Below are positions 47,178 through 54,024 of a DNA stretch of 54,024 nucleotides, piece by piece. The notes under the pieces were generated by a model, which saw nothing but the letters and a program-made list of their open reading frames with translations, made no database searches and was not told the origin of the DNA. This stretch comes from Patescibacteria group bacterium. Lineage in GTDB: Bacteria > Patescibacteriota > Patescibacteriia > Patescibacteriales > UBA12465. The position numbers and the translations under genes were made by a program. The stretch's first letter is position 1; the number at the start of each line of letters is the position of its first letter. Location of the stretch: contig JBMOHE010000005.1 of NCBI GenBank assembly GCA_049318005.1, positions 1-54,024 on the forward strand, read 5' to 3'.

Positions 47178-47196
47178 ATTTACTAAATCTAAGCTC

Positions 47197-47883
47197 ATGA
47201 ATAAAGAAAATATAAATTTTAGAATTCTGGTTGCATTAGCGCTCTACTTAATATCGTTATTAGCAGCTAATACTTTAGGGTTAAAGTTGATGCCATTTAT
47301 TTTTGGGACACATTTATCGGTTGCCGTATTTTTCTTTCCGTTTGTATATTTAACAACTGATGTCATCGGGCAAGTCTATGGGAAACAGATGGCGAAAAAT
47401 TTTGTTTGGGTGGGGCTGATAAGCATGGTTTTATTTATGCTTTATACGGTAATTTCACTTGCCCTACCTTGGTCTAAAGAAAGTTTAAGTCTTAAGGCGG
47501 GCTATACTTCGGTCTTTGGGATATCGTTAAGAATGTCGATCGCCTCCTTGTTCGCTTATTTTATCGCTGAATATCAAGACGTTATCGCTTTTTTCTTTTT
47601 TAAGAATAAACTTAAAAATAAAAGTTTTTGGCTCCTTTCAAATCTTTCTAATCTCTGGTCACAATTTTTAGATACACTCGTCTTTATGATTATAGCCTTC
47701 GCGGGAATCTATTCATTCAAAACTATTATCTTTATTAGTTTGCCTTGGTGGATATATAAGGTAATAATGGGATTCTTATACACCCCTTTTTCTTATTGGG
47801 GAATTAATTTATTAAAATATGAAAATAAAAGCAATAAAAACAGCGATCTTTCAACCGAAACAGAATCTTTATGTATTCATTGA
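47197..47883 (+). CDS. yhhQ: YhhQ/QPTR (VUT family) transporter, usually annotated as queuosine precursor transporter
   Basis: FFPFVYLTTDVIGQVYG, ASLFAYFIAEYQD, SNLWSQFLDT; start moved to ATG 47197. Confidence 0.88.
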   Translation: MNKENINFRILVALALYLISLLAANTLGLKLMPFIFGTHLSVAVFFFPFVYLTTDVIGQVYGKQMAKNFVWVGLISMVLFMLYTVISLALPWSKESLSLKAGYTSVFGISLRMSIASLFAYFIAEYQDVIAFFFFKNKLKNKSFWLLSNLSNLWSQFLDTLVFMIIAFAGIYSFKTIIFISLPWWIYKVIMGFLYTPFSYWGINLLKYENKSNKNSDLSTETESLCIH

Positions 47884-48517
47884 AAAATATTTGCCTATCA
47901 TAAAAGAGAATATGATTTTGGTGGTGACTTCAAAGATTGTTGCCTTGGCCGAAGGTAGGGTGGAAAAAAATATAAATGAAAATTCAAAGATGGAAATAAT
48001 AAAAAAAGAAAGTGAATTTGTTTTTCCAACTAAATATGTTTGTTTAACTATTAAAGATGGAATCGTTATGGCGAATGCTGGGGTTGATGAAAGCAATGCT
48101 AACGGAGACATTATTCTTTTGCCTCGGAACAGTTTCTTGGCCGCTTCTAAAATAAGAAATCATTTTAAGAAAAAATTCAATTTAAAAAATTTAGGGGTTA
48201 TTGTTACTGATAGTCGATGTTTGCCGTTGCGGTCAGGAATCACCGGAGTTGCTTTAGGTTATGCCGGCTTTCAAGGACTAAAAGATTATCGAAAAAAACT
48301 AGATATCTTTGGTCGCCCGTTTCATTATTCTCGGGTTGATGTGGCTGATAGTTTAGCAACGGCCGCTGTTTATTGCATGGGCGAAGGGGATGAAAAACAA
48401 CCATTAGCGATAATTGGTAATTCGGGAGTAACTTTTTGCGAAAGAACAAATAAAAATGAATTAAAAATTGACATAAAGGAGGATATTTACGGGCCATTAT
48501 TTAAGGAGATTTTGTAA
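47819..48517 (+). CDS. CofE-like (F420-0:gamma-glutamyl ligase family) protein, possibly FolC2-type
   Basis: VVTSKIVALAEG, ANAGVDESN, GVIVTDS, G.ALG.AG, DIFGRP, D.ADSLATAA...MGEGDE..P. Confidence 0.85.
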   Translation: MKIKAIKTAIFQPKQNLYVFIEKYLPIIKENMILVVTSKIVALAEGRVEKNINENSKMEIIKKESEFVFPTKYVCLTIKDGIVMANAGVDESNANGDIILLPRNSFLAASKIRNHFKKKFNLKNLGVIVTDSRCLPLRSGITGVALGYAGFQGLKDYRKKLDIFGRPFHYSRVDVADSLATAAVYCMGEGDEKQPLAIIGNSGVTFCERTNKNELKIDIKEDIYGPLFKEIL

Positions 48518-48526
48518 AAATTAATT

Positions 48527-48555
48527 TTGACAAAAGACCCTCTCTAAATTAAGAT
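48527..48555 (+). promoter_or_regulatory. glyA promoter TTGACA-N17-TAAGAT; transcript probably leaderless
   Basis: -10 ends at 48555 and the ATG is at 48563. Confidence 0.6.
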
Positions 48556-48562
48556 TAAAGAT

Positions 48563-49807
48563 ATGAAATACAATCATTTGCAACAACAAGACCCTGCCGT
48601 TTGGGACATAATCGAGAAAGAGGAAAAACGACAAAATGAAGAACTGGAGCTAATTGCTTCAGAAAATTATGTTAGCCCGGCTGTTCTAGAGGCGATGGCG
48701 ACAGTTTTGACTAATAAATATAGCGAAGGCTATAGTGGTCGTCGTTATTATGGTGGTAATTATAATATTGATGATATTGAAAATTTAGCGATTGAACGCG
48801 TTAAAAAGCTTTTTGATGCCGAGCATGTAAACGTTCAGCCTTTGTCGGGCTCTCCTGCAAACGCGGCTGTTTACATGGCTTTTTTAAGTCCGGGCGATAA
48901 AGTTCTTGGCTTGAAACTTGATCACGGCGGTCATTTATCTCACGGGCATAGTGTTAATTTTTCTGGTCGCCTATATAACTTTGTTCAATATGGAGTTAAC
49001 ACGGAAACTGGAATTATTGATATGGACGAAGTTAGAGAAATTGCTTTAAGAGAAAAACCAAAAATGATAGTGGCTGGTTTCTCGGCTTATTCAAGAGAAA
49101 TTGATTGGCAAAAATTTAAAGATATCGCTGACGAGATTGGTGCTTATACTTTTGCCGATATCGCTCATATCGCTGGATTAATTGCCGCTAAACAGTTAAA
49201 AAATCCGGTGCCAATTTTTGATGTTGTTTCAACTACTACCCATAAAACTTTACGTGGCCCCCGAGGAGCGATAATCATGTGTAAAGAAAAATATGCGAAG
49301 CAAATAAATAGTGCAGTATTTCCAGGTATGCAAGGCGGCCCGCATGATCACATTACTGCCGCTAAAGCAGTTGCTTTTGGCGAAGCGCTGAAACCAGAAT
49401 TTATTGAATATGGAAAACAAATAATTTTAAACGCTAAAGCAATGGCAGAAGAATTTATTAATCGTGGTTATAAAATTGTTTCGGGTGGAACGGATAATCA
49501 TCTTATGGTTCTTGATTTGGGTAATAAAAATTTAGTTGGCAAAGAAGCTGAAAAGGTTTTGGAGAAAATTGGTATTTCTGTTTCTCGCTCAACCATACCA
49601 AATGATCCTAATCCGCCGATGAATCCATCTGGAATTAGAATCGGAACACCGGCCGTAACCACTCGTGGTTTGAAAGAATTAGAAATGAAACTAGTGGTTG
49701 AATATATTGACGAGGCATTTATGAATAAGGAAGATGAAAATAAACTTAGTGAGTTAAAACAAAAAGTTGAAGAACTTTGTGAAAAGTTTCCAGTTCCAAC
49801 AAAATAA
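48563..49807 (+). CDS. glyA: Serine hydroxymethyltransferase
   Basis: LIASENY, NKYSEGY, GGHLSHG, TTTHKTLRGPRG (PLP lysine). Confidence 0.98.
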   Translation: MKYNHLQQQDPAVWDIIEKEEKRQNEELELIASENYVSPAVLEAMATVLTNKYSEGYSGRRYYGGNYNIDDIENLAIERVKKLFDAEHVNVQPLSGSPANAAVYMAFLSPGDKVLGLKLDHGGHLSHGHSVNFSGRLYNFVQYGVNTETGIIDMDEVREIALREKPKMIVAGFSAYSREIDWQKFKDIADEIGAYTFADIAHIAGLIAAKQLKNPVPIFDVVSTTTHKTLRGPRGAIIMCKEKYAKQINSAVFPGMQGGPHDHITAAKAVAFGEALKPEFIEYGKQIILNAKAMAEEFINRGYKIVSGGTDNHLMVLDLGNKNLVGKEAEKVLEKIGISVSRSTIPNDPNPPMNPSGIRIGTPAVTTRGLKELEMKLVVEYIDEAFMNKEDENKLSELKQKVEELCEKFPVPTK

Positions 49808-49813
49808 AAACAT

Positions 49814-50605
49814 ATGGTTAAAATAATTAATGGACAAGCAATCGCCGAAAGAGTTAAAGATGAGGTGGCGCAAGAAATATTTGAGTGGAAGGGGCCAAGG
49901 CCAAGTCTTGCCATTGTTTTGGTTGGGGAACGTGAAGATTCTAAACTTTATGTTTCTTTAAAGCAAAAAGAAGCTGTAAAAGTTGGTGTTGATACTCATT
50001 TATATGAACTTGAAGAAAAAACTTCTGAGGAAGAGGTGTTAAGTGTTATTGATTTTCTAAATAAAGATGAATCAATTGATGGGATTTTAGTTCAGCTACC
50101 TTTGCCAGCACATATTGATGCCGATAAAATTATTGCGGCCATGTATCCAAATAAAGATGTTGATGGTTTTCATCCGGAACACCCCGATTATATTACTTCT
50201 CCTGTTTTGGCTGCAATTATTGCTTGTTTAGATGAAATAAAATTTGATTATCGCGGAAAGACTGCGTGTGTTTTTTATAATTCAGAAATTTTTGGTTTAA
50301 GCGTTAAAGAAATTTTAGAATCAAGAGATGTAGAAATTTTGCCTTTAGAAAAATCTGATGAGGCTGATATTTTAATTAGTGCCCTAGGCTTACCGCTGTC
50401 GGTTAAAAAAGAAGTTATTAAGAACGGCGCAGTTTTAATTGATATTGGAACAACTAAAGTTGATGGAAAAGTAATAGGCGATATTGATTTTGAAGACGTA
50501 AAAGATAAAGCAGAATATATTACTCCGGTTCCAGGCGGGATTGGCCCAATGACAATTGCCTTTTTATTCAAGAATGTTTTAGAGATATTTAAGAGACGGT
50601 ATTAA
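49814..50605 (+). CDS. folD: Methylene-THF dehydrogenase/cyclohydrolase FolD
   Basis: IINGQAIA, GILVQLPLP, KDVDGFH, DIG, ITPVPGGIGPMT. Confidence 0.95.
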   Translation: MVKIINGQAIAERVKDEVAQEIFEWKGPRPSLAIVLVGEREDSKLYVSLKQKEAVKVGVDTHLYELEEKTSEEEVLSVIDFLNKDESIDGILVQLPLPAHIDADKIIAAMYPNKDVDGFHPEHPDYITSPVLAAIIACLDEIKFDYRGKTACVFYNSEIFGLSVKEILESRDVEILPLEKSDEADILISALGLPLSVKKEVIKNGAVLIDIGTTKVDGKVIGDIDFEDVKDKAEYITPVPGGIGPMTIAFLFKNVLEIFKRRY

Positions 50606-50624
50606 ACAGTTTTATTCTATTTAA

Positions 50625-52409
50625 ATGATACAGAGACAGAAAGAGCAATTAAAAGAACTCCTTAAGATTCATTTTGGTTATGAGTCTTTTAGGCCGGGAC
50701 AAGAAACGGCAATTGATAATATTTTACATCATAAAAATACGGTGGTTGTTTTACCAACCGGAGGCGGTAAGTCACTAATCTACCAACTACCAGCCTTAAT
50801 TTTAGAGGGGATAACAATTGTTGTTTCACCTTTAATTGCCTTAATGAAAGATCAGGTTGATTCTCTAGAAAAAGTCGGCATTCCAGCAACTTTTATTAAC
50901 TCCTCAATTACCCCCGCGGAAACAGAAAAAAGATTGGCGAGAGTAAAAAGTGGTTATTATAAAATTGTTTATATTGCGCCTGAGCGTTTTTATAATCAAG
51001 TTTTTTTGGCCGAGCTTAGAAACATTAAAGTTTCTTTATTTGCGATTGATGAAGCTCACTGTATCAGCCAATGGGGTCACGATTTCCGCCCAAGTTATAT
51101 GCGCCTTAAAGACGCAATTAAATTTGTTGGCTCGCCAGTTGTAGTTGCACTAACTGCAACCGCCACACCAGAAGTTAGAGATGATATTGTTAAACAACTC
51201 GCTTTTCAAGATTCGGAATTAGTTATTACTGGTTTTGCTAGACCGAATTTGCAGTTTGCAGTCATGCCGGCGACCAATGGTCAAAAAATTGAAAGCATTG
51301 TTAATCTTTTAACTACTAATCAAGAATTAGGCTCAGGAATTATTTACGTTGGTACTAGAAATAAGGCTGATGAATTAGTTGAAGTTCTAACGGACCACGA
51401 TATTAAGGCAGTGGTATATCATGCCGGCATGGATAGTGAAAGTCGTGATTGGGTTCAGGAAAGATTTATGAAAGGCGAGGCTCAAGTAGTAGTCGCAACT
51501 AACGCTTTTGGTTTAGGAATTAATAAAAAAGATATTCGCTTTGTTGTTCACCATGACTTGCCAGGAACAATTGAAGCCTACTACCAAGAAGCTGGTCGTG
51601 CGGGCCGTGACGGTAAACCAAGTTTTTGTTTGTTATTTTATCACCAACAAGATAGATATTTAAGAGAATTTTTTATTAAAGGAGACAATCCAGACCCAAA
51701 CATGATTCTTGAAATTTATGATTTTTTGGTTCGACGAGTTGAATTAGAAGTTGATACAAACGCCTCTATATTAATTACTTATGCCGAGATTGGTCAAAAT
51801 TTATCTGATTCTGTTCCGGAGATGGCAATAGGCACGGCTTTAAAAATATTAGAAAAAGAGGGTTATATATCAAGGCCAAACGAGAAAACGTCTAATTCTT
51901 TCTTAAAAGCTAAAAAAGATTGGGCAGAAATTTTGGCGTCAATTAGTAAAAGGGCCAAGAGTCAACTAGAAGTAGTTGAAAAGTTGGGCGAAAAATACTT
52001 AGAAAAATTAACATTAGGCTGGGAGTTTAATCCCGAAGAAGTAGCCTTAGTTTTAAAAGTTAAAAAAGATTCTTTACTTCGAGCGATTAAAAAATTAGCC
52101 GAGAAAGATTTATTAGAATATAAACCACCTTTTCGTGGTACGGAAATTAAAATTCTTAAAGTTGTCGAGTCTCAAGACCTTAACTTAGACTTTAAAGCGC
52201 TTAAAGCTAAGGCTGAGCGAGCCTATGAAAAACTTAATGAGATGGAAAATTATGTTTATCATCTTGGTTGTCGACAGGAATATATTTTAAAATATTTTGG
52301 CGATTCAACTGCAAGGGCCTGCTCTCAGTGCGATAGTTGTTTGAAGGTAAATAAGGTTAAGGCTAAAGGAGGTGAAGACTATACTAAAAAAGAATATTTG
52401 AGTTATTAA
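50625..52409 (+). CDS. recQ: RecQ family ATP-dependent DNA helicase
   Basis: PTGGGKS, IDEAHCISQWGHDFRP, ATNAFGLGINK, QEAGRAGRDG; Zn-binding CR...C..CD.C. Confidence 0.93.
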   Translation: MIQRQKEQLKELLKIHFGYESFRPGQETAIDNILHHKNTVVVLPTGGGKSLIYQLPALILEGITIVVSPLIALMKDQVDSLEKVGIPATFINSSITPAETEKRLARVKSGYYKIVYIAPERFYNQVFLAELRNIKVSLFAIDEAHCISQWGHDFRPSYMRLKDAIKFVGSPVVVALTATATPEVRDDIVKQLAFQDSELVITGFARPNLQFAVMPATNGQKIESIVNLLTTNQELGSGIIYVGTRNKADELVEVLTDHDIKAVVYHAGMDSESRDWVQERFMKGEAQVVVATNAFGLGINKKDIRFVVHHDLPGTIEAYYQEAGRAGRDGKPSFCLLFYHQQDRYLREFFIKGDNPDPNMILEIYDFLVRRVELEVDTNASILITYAEIGQNLSDSVPEMAIGTALKILEKEGYISRPNEKTSNSFLKAKKDWAEILASISKRAKSQLEVVEKLGEKYLEKLTLGWEFNPEEVALVLKVKKDSLLRAIKKLAEKDLLEYKPPFRGTEIKILKVVESQDLNLDFKALKAKAERAYEKLNEMENYVYHLGCRQEYILKYFGDSTARACSQCDSCLKVNKVKAKGGEDYTKKEYLSY

Positions 52410-52427
52410 AATGTAGATTCTTTTTAT

Positions 52428-53135
52428 ATGGAAGAAAAAAAAACTCAAGAATTATTAGAGCTTGTAAAAAATAATTACCAAGAAATTGCGACGGAGTTTG
52501 ATTTGACTAGAAAAAAAGAAATTTGGCCGGAGATTAGAGAGTTTGCGGCTGAAGTAAAAGATGGTGATAATGTTTTAGATGTCGCCTGCGGCAACGGGCG
52601 CTTGATCGAGGCGCTAAAAAATAAAAAGATTAATTATTTAGGAGTTGATAATAGTTTTAATTTAATTGAATTAGCGAAAAAAAATTATCCCGATTATAAA
52701 TTTATGATTGGCGATATGTTAAATTTAGAAAAAATTGAAAATAATGAATTTGATTTTATTTTTTGCTTAGCCGCTTTACAGCATATCCCAAGCAAAGACT
52801 TAAGGGTTAAGGTTTTACGAGACATGGCCGCTAAATTAAACAGTAATGGCAAATTAATTATTAGTAATTGGAATCTCTGGAGTCATAAAAAATATAGACC
52901 GCTATTAATAAAAAGTTACTTGTTAAAATTAATAGGAAAAAATAAATTAGATTTTAATGATTTAGTTTTCCCTTCAAAATTTTATTTAGCGAGTCAAAAT
53001 AAAAGAGAGGCAAGCGATAGATATTACCACGCTCATACCAAAGCAGAATTAAAGAAAATAGCTAATTTAGCTAATTTAAAAATTTTAGAATTGAAAAAAG
53101 ATAGGTATAATCTTTGGTTGGTTTTAAAAAAATAA
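52428..53135 (+). CDS. Class I SAM methyltransferase, Trm9/ALKBH8-like
   Basis: YQEIATEFDLTR...WP, LDVACGNGR, GVDNS, LAALQHIP...R..VL, IS.W. Confidence 0.75.
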   Translation: MEEKKTQELLELVKNNYQEIATEFDLTRKKEIWPEIREFAAEVKDGDNVLDVACGNGRLIEALKNKKINYLGVDNSFNLIELAKKNYPDYKFMIGDMLNLEKIENNEFDFIFCLAALQHIPSKDLRVKVLRDMAAKLNSNGKLIISNWNLWSHKKYRPLLIKSYLLKLIGKNKLDFNDLVFPSKFYLASQNKREASDRYYHAHTKAELKKIANLANLKILELKKDRYNLWLVLKK

Positions 53136-53172
53136 AGATAAAGATTCCCTTATAAAAAATATAAATTTAGAT

Positions 53173-54024
53173 ATGAAATACACAGGAGAAAGAATGATGC
53201 CAGAATATAACGAAGGCGAAGATATGTATTTAGAGCATTTTGCTAGATACTTTTTTGCTGCTCAGTTTGTTAAGAATAAAAATGTTCTTGATATTGCCTG
53301 TGGTAGCGGCTACGGATCACAGCATCTTTTAAATTCTGGCGCTAAAAAAATAATAGGCGTCGATATTTCCGCTGAAACAATTAACTATTGCAAAGAAAAA
53401 TACCAAGCAGACAATTTAAATTTTTTAATTGGCGATGTAAAAAGGATTCCACAAGAAAATAATTCCGTAGACATTGTTGTTTCTTTTGAAACTATTGAAC
53501 ACGTTGATAAAGATTCTCAAATTAAATTTATAGAGGAAATCAAAAGAGTTCTAACTCCTGATGGATTATTTATTGTTTCTACACCAAATTCGCTAGTTCA
53601 TCCAAAGGGTAACCATTTTCATATTCACGAGTTAGACTTTGAAGAATTTAAAAATATTCTTAATAAAAATTTTGAAAATGTTAACTTCTTTTATCAGGAT
53701 ACGGTTGAGAGTAGTTATATATATTCTGAAGAAAGATTAAGAAAAAAAATAAAGGATGATAATAAGAAGTTTAGGTTAAACGAGAAAACAAGCGAAATGT
53801 CCGCCAGAAAAAGTATGTATATAGTAGCTGTTTGTAGTGATAAAAAATTTGAAGATATAAATGAGCTTGTTTGTTTATCTGATATTAAGCCTTATCTTAA
53901 TTTGGCAAAAAAAAATGAGGAGATAAAATATTTCAATTTAGATTTGAACAAGAAGAACGAAGAAATAAGATCTCTTAACCTCAACTTGAACAAGAAGAGT
54001 GAGGAAGTAGAATCTCTTAACCTC
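53173..54024 (+). CDS. Class I SAM methyltransferase with C-terminal coiled-coil repeats (3' end truncated by window)
   Basis: Open frame from ATG 53173 to the window end: MKYTGERMMPE, EH.ARY.FA, LDIACGSGYG, FETIEH, STPN. Confidence 0.85.
   Translation, partial: MKYTGERMMPEYNEGEDMYLEHFARYFFAAQFVKNKNVLDIACGSGYGSQHLLNSGAKKIIGVDISAETINYCKEKYQADNLNFLIGDVKRIPQENNSVDIVVSFETIEHVDKDSQIKFIEEIKRVLTPDGLFIVSTPNSLVHPKGNHFHIHELDFEEFKNILNKNFENVNFFYQDTVESSYIYSEERLRKKIKDDNKKFRLNEKTSEMSARKSMYIVAVCSDKKFEDINELVCLSDIKPYLNLAKKNEEIKYFNLDLNKKNEEIRSLNLNLNKKSEEVESLNL
53902..54024 (+). repeat. 42-bp (14-aa) tandem repeats encoding a coiled coil
   Basis: Units at 53902, 53944, 53986: LAKKNEEIKYFNLD / LNKKNEEIRSLNLN / LNKKSEEVESLNL. 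Confidence 0.85.

Noticed and set aside
47059-47196. preQ1 or THF riboswitch upstream of yhhQ
   Set aside because: No preQ1-I stem with UUC loop plus A-rich tail, and no THF aptamer consensus that I can recognise; the attenuator explains the structure better.

Overview
AT-rich bacterial chromosome segment read in genetic code 11. The gene set points to a CPR/Patescibacteria (Parcubacteria-like) organism: few Shine-Dalgarno sites, LCP, VanW, type IV pilin, TrmB regulator, Elp3 and a degenerate DHH protein; this placement is inference. The window spans the replication origin (yidC-yidD-rnpA-rpmH / dnaA-oriC-dnaN). Housekeeping genes include trpS, der, pth, dprA, topA, pheST, valS, PBP1A, glyA, folD and recQ. 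There are five tRNAs: Ala-CGC, Ile-UAU, Val-GAC, Arg-UCU and His-GUG. Two accessory zones stand out: 1-3100 (IS30 end, T9SS-tailed cysteine protease, lipoprotein, duplicated-domain protein) and 31700-42000 (tRNA-adjacent single-gene cassettes, then a pilin/GT-C/glycogen phosphorylase operon). Best leads: (1) Elp3 plus a Trm9/ALKBH8-like methyltransferase and an unusual anticodon set, suggesting archaeal/eukaryote-style wobble-uridine modification; (2) a leaderless 20-codon leader peptide with a 1:2/2:3/3:4 attenuator in front of a YhhQ/VUT transporter and a CofE/FolC2-like ligase, next to glyA-folD; (3) tRNA-Ile(UAU) with a second promoter that would start inside it; (4) a recurring boxA-like motif just after the predicted start sites of accessory genes. 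All calls come from reading motifs by eye; no searches or folding programs were run.
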